A DNA stretch of 64,000 nucleotides from Takakia lepidozioides (taxonomy: Eukaryota > Plantae > Bryophyta), in assembly GCA_030704615.1 (NCBI GenBank), contig CM060732.1, forward strand, positions 67,146,001 to 67,210,000. The letters are read 5' to 3'. Numbering within the stretch: the stretch's first letter is position 1; each line of letters starts with the position of its first letter. Shown one piece after another: positions 38,868-51,934 of the stretch. The notes under the pieces were generated by a model. It was not told where the DNA came from and did not search any database. It saw only the letters and a list, made by a program, of their open reading frames with translations. The position numbers were made by a program, and so were the translations under genes.

Positions 38868-39592
38868 GGGTAGATGCAGGCTAAGGTGGATCAAAAACTG
38901 CGTTACCGGCAAATTTTCAATGACTGTCTTGCATGATATCATGAATTGCTTTGAATAGAGTCAATAATGTTGAGAAATTTTTTCCATGTTGGATTCCTAA
39001 CTTCAATATATACCTATATCAAGTGTCCAATTGTCGATCCAATAAAATGTCAAAGAGCTATGGACTTTTGAACACGACAACTGTGGACTGTTACCGCTGC
39101 AACATGGACTCAAAATAAGCCATTGTGCCTTTGGTGTATTGCTTTGAACTTTTGAGGGAAGGTGGTCAATTTAGAGAACACTCTATATTCCAATTTAAAA
39201 TGACAATATCGACTGTCATCTATTACATATGGACTAATATGAGTGAAATATATAGGTGGATTTGTTCTAGTTCAGTACATCTTGTGTTTTGGGCTTTTGA
39301 TGTTTCATAATTTATTAAAAAAGATACAAAAATATAATCTACAATGGCTTGGTATATGGACAAATCGATGTAAATTATAATTTTTGATAAATCAAATCTT
39401 ATTCAAATTAAAGACTAAAATTTATAGTAAAAATTATCTTTGATATTAAGGGTAACCCTTTACTAAAAATGTTAAATATACCATTGTTTATCATCAGTTA
39501 AAAGGGGAAATATTGTCAATTTTAAATTTGGTCGTGGACTTCCGTGGAAGTAGCATCTGCCGTTTTTGGTCCACCTTAGCCTGCAACTGCCC
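38868..39592. mobile_element. Non-autonomous TIR element (MITE, superfamily uncertain)
   Basis: ~34-bp TIRs GGG(T/C)AG(A/T)TGCAGGCTAAGGTGGA(T/C)CAAAAAC, with TTTA on both flanks. Confidence 0.8.
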
Positions 39593-42500
39593 TTTAGGCA
39601 ATGAGGTTGGAGACAAATTTGTGGAGAGAGACTCATCATTCACGACCTCTTCTCATGCGTGTGATGATTTGCTATAGAGTTGTAAGTTGTAATATATTAG
39701 CGCAGTCTACTCAATGATATTATGTAATAAAAATGATCATTTCACATAAGTGTATATTAAGTTCGGTTTGTCTTTTCCAGACTATATCACATCTTCTATA
39801 CCACACAAGATTATATCACATCTTCTTAAATTTTGTATAATCATGTGCCTTTTCCACGAACTGTACATGAAAGACAGGTAATTTCACTTCTTTTTTGAAG
39901 TTATGTGAATTTTGGACTTCAAGCTTTTATACAATGTTATCAAAGTATATATTTTTTCTTTATGTCTTTTCGTGAACGTTGACATTAGCATCCAAGTTCT
40001 TCCAACATGTGAATGTTTCTCTGGACAATAATACCAATAATATACGATAATAATATATTATTTATTCTCTTAAATGATTCTAGACTCATCTCAAGTTCAA
40101 AAGTAGTTAAAATCGACTTCGATGCTCTAATTTCATCAATTATATTATCATCACTCTTGAATATTGTCAGCTGAATCAATGCACTATAAGAAAAACGGGG
40201 TTTTCCCACTAGCATATTTGATCCCTTAGTTTTTTAACTACTTTGTAAAGTACCAGAGTCATTCACGTGGTTAATTCAATTGAGGTATCACGGTCGCATC
40301 AGTGGAAATAAACACAAGTATTTTAATCAGTTTGTGTTCCACGTGGAATACTAAGATATATTTACGAGTTTCAAAATTATGACATGGATTGAAACAAGTG
40401 TAGTGATAAAGTGTAAGTTATTAACTCCTAAAGGACGACGTGGCCTGAATCGGGTCGGGTCGTCCTTTTGCATTCAATGTAGATTCGTTGGATGTGTTCG
40501 GATGAAAATCATCCTTGAATGAAAAGTGTGCGCCTTGAAGAGACGCACACGTTCGGATTTAGAGCGTCGAAAACGGGGAAGAACCCAGCATGCTAGGATT
40601 TTTTGAGTGGACACATTTCCTAGTTTTGGTTAGAGGCCTGCCAAGTTCGCTTTGACCTACCCACGTGGCATTGGTGGCATTTGGCGGCGAGGTTTGCTGG
40701 CGGGTCCGCCCGTGCGGATAGCCCAGCCACCCGCCACAAAGCAGCACAGGGCTCATGTTTCTAGTCCATGGAGCGGTGGCCCGTAACAAGCCTGCCGGCA
40801 GTGGTACTATTTCCGGCAACAGAATGCCTCACCTACAATGTGACTCAAAAATGTTGTTTCCAAAAGCAGGACCTACTACATTGTGGAATGATTTGAAATT
40901 TTGCAGGTCAGTGAGGAATCCGACATGGCACTGAATAATTCCAGTTTTGATGCAAATTTCAGCCCCCATGGCCTGTTTTCTAATCCAGTGTACTTGGATG
41001 TCATTTTTATCCACCCAATTTCACATACAAAGGAGCCCCTCATAAATTTCGAATTTGCTTCTGAAATTTGGTAACGAGGTCACCTAGGTGACAAGGGTGC
41101 TGACTGTGATGAGCATTCACAGCAAAAAATAATCTAGAAGGTAGATTCAAAGCTTGGTCAAACCATTTTTTATAACCGAATTTTGGGTGGACCTGCAAGA
41201 TGAGAGCCAGCTCACAAATAACCTCTTTCATTTATGCGCCATGGAGGCGAATGAGGGACGCCGCCCAGAAACCATATACCACCCGTCAGTAGCAAGATTT
41301 GACCCCAGAATCATTTGGTGGCACTCAGTGAACTTAACCATCTAAGCTACTGACTGTTGGTACATAATGGTACAGTAGATAGAGCAAGTTCATGCAGGGA
41401 GTCACCGCATCTTAAAATCTCATCGTGGCAGTGCCGTAAAATCTAGAAATTTCCTTAAGTTGTGCCAGAGTGTTTTGTTGTAAAGAAAATAAATATTGGG
41501 CACTTCAGTGCCGGACCACTTGTGATCAAAGCACCTTTTAAAGATGGCATATGGTTAGTGTTATGTATTTTTCTAGGGGTCCGTTTTGGGTACCGCTCCA
41601 TTTTAGGTGTTTCTACTTTAATGTAAGAACTTAATGGACGCATGTGATCTGACGGTACTTTCGCCCGGCAGCCTAGGCTCCTCGGGCGGGGCGCCTGTCA
41701 AATCCTTCCCAACCCCCTCTTACCTCGGTTTCACTATTAAATACTTAAGAATCCGAGTGTGTTGCAAGCTGTGGTGGGTAGCGTGATAGCATTGAACGTG
41801 GTGAGATTCAGCATTCGATTCTTGATGGGAGGCTCATGTAGTGTAACCCCGGTCGATGTAACCCTCCATTGGTGTAACCCTCTGTAACCCCGGTTTCTCG
41901 TGTAACTCTGGTTAGTCCATTTTATACTTAGCCAAATTTAAATTTCGAGACCAAGTGTGAGTTACACCGAGTGGAGTTCCACTCCATTCTGTGTAACCCC
42001 GAGTGGAGTTACACACTTGGTCGTATGACCCCAACTGGAGTTGACACTCTTTCAGTTCCATGTCACTCTCAAGAGAGGGTGGGGAAGATTTGACATGCCG
42101 AAAACCGGTGTACCATCCTGTCAGAGGTTGCACATGCGCATTAAGTTCTTACATTATTCCTATTATCTTCAGGACAGTGGCCCTGATTTTAATCTTATTA
42201 AGGTTATTGAAGGGAAAAAAATAAAACCCGTTTTTTAAAAAGCTGGGGAGGGGAATAGATTAAAGGGTGGAAAAGATAACCACCAAGAGGCCGTGGAAGC
42301 TTGGTACAGTGGGGAAACACCCCCAGACCACTAGAAAATTATATTCTGAAAATTTACTAACCCCACTATGTAGTAGCACTAAGCACATAATTAACACCAA
42401 CTTATTATAGAAATTTGTGCTTAACCCTTATCCCCCCAAGTACAAATTGAAATCACACACTTGACGTTTCACAATCCCTCCTCAATAATCTGGCCCATGA

Positions 42501-43652
42501 CTTATCTTGGAGAAGTTCCATTCACTTGTAGTGGGAGCACCTGCAAAATACTTAGCTGAAAGCAGAATCACCCATGCCTTTCTTCCCTCAGTCATCAGGT
42601 CTGCATGAATACTGAAAATTAGGAGCTTGATGCTGGGGTAGTCCCCAAGAAAACAAATCTGCATCTACCTTTCCATATATATATGCCACAAGGAAAGAGA
42701 CCTAAGGCAGGCCCAAATTTGAAATTTAGACCATGTGCCCACAATTTCGAGAATTTTTATAGAATGCATTGTCGATTTTAAATTTTCTTAATTGAAGGAT
42801 TTGCAAGATCTCGGAATATTCCATGATATGAAGGCAGATATGTATAGAGAGCAGCACACTTATCCTCTTTTTCTTTTCAACTATCCTCAATCCAGTCTGG
42901 AACGGCAGGCCTGTTGATTTTTTTTTCCTATATGTTTGAGGGAGAAATCGTCACACAACTGTCAGCATGTGCTTAGCTTTTCCACTCCCCTGCCCACCTT
43001 CTCTCTCTCTCTCCCCCCTCAAAATAATCTGGTCTGGCAAAGAGAGATCTTGTCATGTCATGGAAATACAAGCCTTATCTCTTTCTCTCTCTCTTTCGAT
43101 GATGATTGCCCTTATTGGAACAAAAAAACAACACAAACACGGCTGCTAACTTTCACATTAAATTCCATTACATTGCATTCATACCGGCTAACAATCAGCT
43201 TAGCTGGTGCCGATTTGTGCAGCAATAGCTTTTTTCTTGTTCAATAAAAAGGAGCTAGTAATAGAACTAGTAATGACAGTCCCATTCTAAAAAATCTCAG
43301 TGGAAAGTACAAATTGTGTCACCCCACTTGTTAACTCTTGTACCTTGTTCTGTGTGATATGCTTAAGTGGCCAGTCTGGCTGGGTATGTGTATCCATGGC
43401 TTACAGTGTCCCACTCCTCTCTACTAAAAGGACTCCCTAAATTGTGAGCTGTTGATCCCAGGTTTCCCTCCAAAGAAAGATTCCCAGGGAAGTTTTTATT
43501 TGGCATGAGACTGGCAAAATAGCAGAATTTCGCATGGGCCCAACTGCCCGATGGAATCGTTGTCTGTAATTTTGTTCATCCCATGTTCATGGGCTTGCAA
43601 GTGCAAGTTGTGGCAGACCACAAGGGATCAGGGTACCTAGAAATGCTGCATA

Positions 43653-44349
43653 CAGTCTACCCTGGATAAATGTTAACAGTCGAACATTTAAACAAGGTTA
43701 ACACATTAACATTTATAGAAGGTAACATTTAACAAATATAAGATTTGTGAAATTAACACTTATAAAACAATGTGTAATTATGTGGAGTCATTCAGTTATA
43801 GGTAGGACATGAATCGATTGTGGTCTGATGAGTATCTCTAATATGCATATCATCGAGTTCTTTCTCTAGTCGTTTCATGGCTAGAATAGTTTTCATAACA
43901 AGATATCAGACTAGAGGTACAAGACCAGACAAGAAGTCAAGGTCGGCGTGGTCGAATGCATGATGGCTTTGTTCCGAATATTGAGAGATTGTAGCTATAG
44001 CCATTTTGGCATCCTTGCATGCGCACACTCCTTGGATTAATGTATTCACTTCTGATCTGATCGCTTTAGTATTACTTCTTGCTTACTTTCCAGTCTCCCG
44101 ATTGCTTATGATCTAGGATATAATCTTATCTTAATCTAATCCAGTGGGAACTTATAATTATGGAGCATATCTCGTGTTAGGTGAAGCCTTTACAATGCAC
44201 TTAACATTTATTGAGGGAAAATTAACAAAGAGGGGAGTAAACAATTGTTAACAAATAACACATAACAGTTGCTAGTGTGCACAAGTAGGGGAGTAGAATT
44301 TTCTTAGTATTTATAGTAGTTAGATGTAACATTTATCCAGGGCAGACTG
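43653..44349. mobile_element. Tc1/mariner/pogo-like MITE
   Basis: 23-bp TIRs CAGTCT(A/G)CCCTGGATAAATGTTA with one mismatch and TA TSD. Contains a ~70-bp chromovirus-LTR-like fragment near 43895-43965. Confidence 0.88.
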
Positions 44350-44351
44350 TA

Positions 44352-44353
<2 letters not shown>

Positions 44354-44383
<30 letters not shown>
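44354..44383. repeat. (CT)n microsatellite
   Basis: Perfect TC run. Confidence 0.95.
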
Positions 44384-44387
<4 letters not shown>

Positions 44388-45504
44388 GGGACCCACCTCC
44401 CAAAAAGGGCTCCTAGCTACTGCTGAAAGAATGGCAAAGGAATCGGAGTACATAGTCAGCTGTAGTGAGGTCATGTAAGCAAACCTTGAGACAAGTTTTC
44501 TGCTGTGTCCTGGGACGGGCAAGGCACTGGACTGATCTGGAGGTGCTGCTGCTGCCAGTGAAGTATGTGGGCAGGGATGCCTCGGCGTGAGCCTGGTCGC
44601 GTGAGCGCGTGAGCGCAACTGCGCTCACGCCACGTCACCTTGCGCCAATGCCACATCCCGGGGCTCACTCCACGTCATCACACTTGAAGACCGCGTCACC
44701 ACGCGCCCAGAAAGAAGTGGAGTGTATTCCCGCGGATTGGCACCCTTTACCGCGGAAACAAGCTGGACGACATAATAAAAGACATTGAATAAAGGATGGA
44801 TGAATGTACAGTTGGATAATAAACAGATGGATGAGTGTGAAAAATGAATGTAGATGGATGAATGAGGGATGGATAAGAGTCAAATGGATGAATGTATAAT
44901 GGATGGGATTCAAGAGTACAGAGGATGAATGCACAATGGATGTTGAACAAAGGAAAACATTCATGAATGGAGCACGCATGAATACACTGTAGATGAAAGC
45001 ACAATGGATATGACAAGAGTGAGGGAGGTTTGTGAGATGGATTCATACATATTGCAATTTAAATGGTAGTTGATTCTTTGATTATTTTTCTTTCCAAAGG
45101 AACAACTACGGTGGAGAAAGGGGATTCAACGTTTTCCAAAGAGGATGAAACAGAATAGTAAAAAAACATAGTTCAGTCTGACTCAGAGTCAGTACAATGT
45201 ATCCCCACTTCCTCTACATCTAAGTCTAAGTATTTAAGAACTCCGGATCTACGCTGGCTACACCTACGGCCGGGCAGTAAAAATTCAGGGGATAGGGACT
45301 CGGCCGCGTGAAGTGCCATTGCTTCGGCATAACCAGGAAGCAGAAAATTGGAAAGGGGGTTGTCGAAAACAGACTCGCCACAAATGACTGTATGTCCTGA
45401 AGATCCACCACTGTTTTTCCTGAAAGATAGCCTGAAAAAGTTATTACTGTAACTTTCATGTTATTGAGAAATTGAGTATGACTCCCAAAGTGGGTTTAGC
45501 ACTT

Positions 45505-48500
45505 ACTCACATGAAAAGTCGTTTTCGACCCGCTTATCTTCGGGATCGTCATCATTTCAAATTTGAATCCGATCAGTCTGTGTGCCTGAAGTGGAGCCAG
45601 ACAAAAGGGGGAGGAGCACTGTGTTGTAGAGGTCAGAATCACCCTCCATGCCAAAAAGGCTTCTTCCGCCTGCCTTGCATGCATGGTAAGTTGCTCCTGC
45701 ACCGACAGGAGGACATGAACAGTTTGGTAGGGGGGAATTTAAGCAAATGGAACTGGTGAAAGATAATCAATTCGGAAGGGAGAGAACGAACCTGTGGACA
45801 CAGAAAGATCGACCACCCGTGCAAAGTGGTGGCTGCATGACTCCAACAGTATTTGCATGAACGCTGGGGATTTTTCCTTTGCACCTCTCCAGGGAGTGTC
45901 ATCTGGTCTCTTCAGGGTCTGACTGGACTGCATGAAGTTGTACAAAATGTCATCGACATGCGGCACATAGGGGGGGTTGACAAAACAACCCTGGTCAGAA
46001 ATCTCAAAGCTGCGGATGGAGGATGGTGTCTTGGAGGTGCGAATCCTCCGCAGGCAGATCGCCTCGAACATCCTCGTCTGCCAAAGATAGCAAGTTAGTG
46101 TGGTAAACACAATCTATAGTGGAAGTGTGTACATAGGCTATTCACAACTCAGGCACAAAACAATCATTTTTATCACGAATCGGTGATGATAGGTGTCGAT
46201 CATGACAGATTCTACTAGAGTGGAGCTGCAGAGAACATTGAAACTCATCATGAAAGCACAAGCAGAAGGGAGACGGCATACCAGCTGACCAGCGAAACCC
46301 CCTTTCACAAGGTAGAGGCTGTTTACACAATTCCATGTGCGCAAAACTTCAAACCCTGAAGACTTGAGGTATGATGCCAATGCCCGACGACTATCATTGT
46401 CACATGACTGAAAAAGCAGAAGTGTCCCTGCATCAGAGAGGAAATTATTACAGAACCCGAACACCCAACTCCAGTAGTTGTCCTCGAATTTGTTCCAGCC
46501 TGGCGTCTTGCCCTTTGGAAGAACTTCTGGCACAGCCTGGCCATCCGGGATGTCGAGAATGACAATGTCAGCCGCATATGTTTTCTGCACACCGCACACG
46601 AATGTGGGACCTGTGCTCACCTGCAACAGACATGTTTTTTATAAGAAGGATGGCAAGAATGTTTTCAAAGAACCAGACTGAAATACTGCCAATGAAACTT
46701 TCAGAGAAAAAGAAAAGAAACTGGAATTCTCACCAGATTGAGGAATGAGATTATGTTGTCCCAGGTAGGCGAAGGCACCCCAGTGTATCCTCTCTTTCGA
46801 CTCTGCATCATCGCCAGCCAACCCTCATTGACAATTTTAATCTCTCCTGCCGAATCAAAACGGGAAGGGTGTGGCTTGGCATCGAACACGCACTGAACTG
46901 TGTGGGTATATCTTCCAGCAGTGAAGTCCTGCCCACTCTCTATCTCCTTTTCTTTCTCCTTCCCCTTGTCCTTTTCCTTCTCTTTGGACTTGTCTTTGTC
47001 ATTTGGCTTTGCTGGTGAGATGGCTATGACATCAAGAGCCTTGTCTTTTGGTTTGCGGCCCGCCTTCTTTCCCTTCTGCGGCGTTCCCTGAGCATCAGGC
47101 TCCTTGGCAGCCAATGTTGCTATGTTTCTTTGGTACTCTTCGTCAGTCAGAGGCGCCAGCATCTCAGCATTATTGTTCAAATATTTCATATGATGTTCTT
47201 GAAAGGTCGTGTGCTCCGGTGGGCAGTCAAGGTACCAGCCACAGTCTCTGAAGTGAGAAGGACTCCAGTCCTTCAATATCCCTGCAGTATACATGGTTGG
47301 ATCGTTTGCAGGGTCCGACCACATGTCAAGATAGTCTGGAATACCGCTCAGGTGATTTCCTTCCATAAGCACATATTTCGTGTACCTGTTAAACAGAAGA
47401 TAAATCCCAACCTACCAAAGCGCGAAGTGAGTAAGACACAAGTAACACAGAATGAAAAAAAACATAGAATGAAATGGCTCTGAGAACTGCTCCAAGGACC
47501 TTTCAGGACCACACGACTGCTCCGGATGTGAATGTCGTCAACGCCATTCAAAACATTCCATTCAATGATACTGTAAAAACACCCTAATCCACGTGAATGC
47601 AAACTCTTGCTTTGGATTGACACAGACATAGAAGTGAATGTCGTCAACGACATTCACTTTGGATTTGTGAATACACTGCTAATCAAGCCTAATGATTTCT
47701 CAAAAAAGGCAAAATCATTTGATGGAAAACAGAAAGTCGACTAAGGAACCCTCCCCAAAAACTGGTTTCCAATTGACATTCATAACGAACATAACACTGA
47801 GGACCTCATAATAACACTGGATGTGAATGGCGTCAACACCATTCACAAAATTACCAACAAGGAACCATTTAATTAGCTCCCAATCCATATAAATTCAAAT
47901 TGTCGCTGGTGAATGACACAGACATAGAAGTGAATGTCGTCAACGACATTCACTCCGGATCTCTGATAACACAGCTAATCAAGCCTCAAGATTTCTCACA
48001 AGAGGCAAAAGCAATGCAGAACAACTGATTGTCTGCATTGACATTCAGCAAACTGAAGTGAGGAACCCTCACTGTAAAATCTATGGACATTACAAAAACT
48101 TACATAACTCTAAGGACAACTCAACAACTTTGGATGTGAATGTCGTCAACGCCATTCAGGGACATTATCAATTCTAATCAGGGACACTATAATTACCCCC
48201 TAAGCTCCTAATCCAGGTGAATTCAAATTCTCGCTTAAGAATGACTCAGACAAATAAGTGAATGTCGTCAACGACATTCAATTTGGATCTATGATTACAA
48301 TCCTTATGAAGCCAAATTATTTCCCAAAAAATGCAGTAGAGTTTCCAGTATGATATTGCACCTGTACACAACTCGCATCATGGCCCACTCTCCTCCAACC
48401 TGACTGTCAAAGTCGTTGGACCGTAAAATGTTACCATCTTTGGAGAACTCCGGAAAAAACAGTATCTCCAGGTGAGACCTCTCCACTTCCTTATGTATGC

Positions 48501-51081
48501 CTCCAAGACATTTGGGGAGGGGAAACAATCAAAATGTTCAAGTCCTTCAAAGTCTGTTCCAGCACAATGACGGCGCGCTTTTCGAGCTGCAAATTGTATA
48601 TTTGTCAGTATTGCAAATAAGGTACTCATCACATAATTGAAGAAAAGAAAACGGCTTATTTGAATACACACCTGACTCCAAAATGTAGCCTTGTGGAGCC
48701 AGTTATCAAACACCAAATCACTGATTCCTTCCACCTTTGTGCCAGGCTGTATGGTGCTCTTTGGGAACTGATTCAAGTCCTTTACTGTCTGATCTGAGTT
48801 CCATATCTCCAGCCACCTTATTTTTGTTTGTGGGTCGACCATGGATATGGCCAACCGGTGCAATTTCTCCTGCTGCATCTCCGGATGCACATGCTTGTCA
48901 TAGTGAGATTTGATCTGCTGAAGGAACTCAGAACCAAGTCCAGGATCTACTATTCTAAGCTGCTTTCCGAAGGCGGACATCAATTTGGTTCTTCGCATTT
49001 CAAACTCCTTCTTTATTGCTGCTTCCACACCCTTTGATGTCCTTAGTTCTTCTGGTGTAGTGCGGTAATATTCGGATTTTCCCTTCTCAGCTGCCTCTGC
49101 CAGTTCTTGCTGCATTGATTCAGATAGTGATTAGCACCGAAGGGACTACAAACATGTATTCGAAAAGTAAAATGAGTATAGACTCGGGCTTACCGCATAC
49201 ATGTACTCCAGAAACGCCTCTCGAGTCAAAGAATACCAAGTGCCTGCAGCTCTTCCTGTTTCGCACTTCTTGATTATATTGGGTGGGAGTACTGTCCGAA
49301 AATCATCCAGCTTCATCAGACCAATCCTCTGAATTCGAAATAGTGTGTGGACCAAGCTTGTTGTCACATGCGATTTCTCTGTCGATCTGCAAAAACATTG
49401 CAAACATTGCACTCCTTAACTCTGTTTTTTGGGGATTAACAAGACACTACAGAGGGAATGAAATCTCTAGGATGACTTACTTGTTCACGTCGTGCATAGC
49501 TGTAAGAAGCCTAGCGATGTCGTTTCCAGGATCCAAAACCATTGCCTCCACAGCAACATGCTTGTCTTTGTCTTTCGCATGGTGTTTCTGGATGTATCCC
49601 ATCCATGCCAGCAATCGGTGGTTGTCATCCCAGACGTAGAACATGTGGTTGCAGAATTGCTGGGTGTTCTTTCCCATCATGAGGCCCAGCTCGAACTCCT
49701 CATTGGCATCTTTCTAGCACTCATCCCAGTTATCACTGATCTCTGGAGACACTAATGTGCTTTTCCCATTTATATCCGTTAGTGACACATAAAAAACTTG
49801 AGCACAAGTCTGTATCCATGCACAAAATCACTCTCCAATTTTGTTATGTCATGGGAAAGAGGTGGACGCACAACATGCATAGATATCATCCGGCACAGAG
49901 GGATGTCCAGACGCCCTCCAGATACGAGCATGTCCCTTATAACCTCCTGGGAGTTTACCTTCTGGAATGACATGAGTTCTTTCACCTTGTCAAGGTAGTG
50001 CACTTCAGATTCATCTGCTTCATCTGTATTCTCTGAGCTTTTTCCAGACTCCTCCCCATCTCCAGATCCTTTCCCCTCTGATCCTGTAGACTTCGACCTC
50101 ACAGTTTTCTGCACGATGCCATTCAAATCTGACTGAGTAATTTGCAAATAGTGAACGGCGGTAACGACCATCACTCTGTCTCGAAGAAACTCACAAGGAA
50201 TGGTGTGAAACAAATTCAGAACCATCTACACAAGCAAAGCTGATCCTGCTGAATTCAAAATAAAAGCGAGAGCGATAGTGAACGGCGTTAACGACAATCA
50301 CAAAAGATAAGGACCTGCCGGATCGGTGTTGTGTAATGACATATATGTGTAACTGATTGGCGGCAATGACATTCAGTATAGTTTAGGGCGGACAGTAAGT
50401 GCAGATTATTCAGATTGACTCCATTGTGATTACCGTTGCAAGCATTCACAGTTTCTTGTCTATGTCGAGAGTACTTTCCAATCCATACTCTACCTGAATC
50501 GAATGGCGTTAACGACGCTCGCAATTCAGCAGACTTCAATCACATGTTCCTACTTAAGAAGGGAAGAGGAAGGACTGTTTGAAAGGCAATCAGACAGACT
50601 GTTTGATCTGAACAACGGTGATTGACGGTACCGTCAGTCACCCACTCATTGTAAGGTAAACCCTTAACAGAGGAGTAGAAAGCAAATCACCATTGTTTTG
50701 TGATGATGGTCGGTAGCAACAATCACTTTCTGGGACATTGAACTCAATCTCTACGCAGATCTTCAACAATGAAATGTAAGTTACAGAAAACTTACTGGCG
50801 CCTTCCCCTTCTGCAGCTTTCCTCTTCCCTCTCACATCTGCTGGAATTTCTGTCTGCTCTAGGGTTTCTGGACCTTCTCCCGATTCAGCGTTCCTCGTGC
50901 TTCCACCTCCTTCAGTTTCCCTGCGAGACATCTTTGCATCCACAGGCTGGTTTCCAACGCGCACTGTTATCGCCAACTGTGTCACAGCCGCTGCCTCAGT
51001 CTCGGTCTGCTCTTGTGAATCAGTCTCCGCGTTCACCTGCTGCCTTGGCCCTGTGTTCTCCAACAAACGACGCCTCGTCAT
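45505..51081 (-). pseudogene. Multi-exon ParB/Srx-like domain + beta-class N6A/N4C DNA methyltransferase-like fusion gene (mildly degraded)
   Basis: Exons about 51081-50796, 50108-49481, 49386-49194, 49109-48672, 48586-48362, 47385-46734, 46620-46282, 46077-45792 and 45696-45505. FYVWDDNHRLLAW resembles ParB box II. ADIVILDIPDG resembles motif IV, followed by LSDAGTLLLF. EKSPAFMQILLESCS...VVDLSVSTG|ATYHACKAGGRSLFGMEGD resembles motifs X-I-II. Frameshifts near 49808 and 48520 plus internal stops. The exon 1-2 junction is unresolved. Confidence 0.75.
47529..48280. repeat. Intronic array of six 22-bp palindromes TGAATGTCGT-CA-ACG(A/C)CATTCA in three ~300-bp units
   Basis: Copies start at 47529, 47635, 47824, 47931, 48137 and 48259. 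Confidence 0.9.
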
Positions 51082-51934
51082 TTGCTCTCTTGCTCTGCGT
51101 CTCTCTCTAAGGGAAGTAAAATAAAGAGACTTTCTTGTCTTTCGTATAGTAGAAGGAACCCTCTCCAGCTTGACTACCACTCTCCCTCTAAGCGCGAAAA
51201 GTTGAAAAACGAAGTGACTCCCGATTTCTTGCGGGATTGCGTTCGTTGTTCCTTTCCTCTAGAAGCATCAGATTCCCTCTCGCGTGACTGTTACACATAG
51301 TCGTTCCCTTATTAGTGCACATGCCAGCAATTACAGCTGTTCGAATTCAGCTATCGATGTCTGGCGTGTGTCGCCCAAAATAAACGGCGTGTTCTTTATT
51401 AGAATGGTTTCAATATTTAAAAATAACAGCGAATCCCAGAAATCTTGGCACACAATCTTAGACATATATATATATAAATGAACGAGAGTTTGATGACAAA
51501 TTTTGGGATATCATACACGGTCATCCTTGTTAGCCAACCCCACGTTTGTTTCACATTTTGAACTTTCCAGGTGCGCATGATCATTGGTAGTAGTATAAAG
51601 ATACATTTACTTAATCTGCAATCCCACCCTCAGAGCCTGTGGCATGCTTCCAGGAAGTCGGCTTGTTATTGTGTTTGTTAATGAGGTTCTGATTAACGGT
51701 TTAACAGCTGTCGACATTGCTCCTAGGGATACTCTGACCACTGGGCCCACAAAAAAAGTAATTAAAATGGACGGCTGCATATCTGGAAAGAATAACAGAA
51801 TATGCACAGTCGTCGTCTGAGCTTCCTCCGCCATATTCTCTTCTCATTCTTCAACTGTGTTCTGGAGACATCAGTAAACCGATTTACACTGAAGGTCTGC
51901 GATAGCAAGGTATCAACGTACGCGAGGAAGGAAG

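Noticed and set aside
45965-45985. NPPY in the cargo gene as the catalytic motif IV
   Set aside because: It lies in the variable region just before motif X. The DIVILDIP segment followed by LSDAGTLLLF fits motif IV-VI spacing better. Alignment is needed to exclude it fully.
47529-48280. CRISPR array
   Set aside because: Spacers are 84-184 bp and alternately homologous, the array is inside a spliceosomal intron, and no cas genes were seen.
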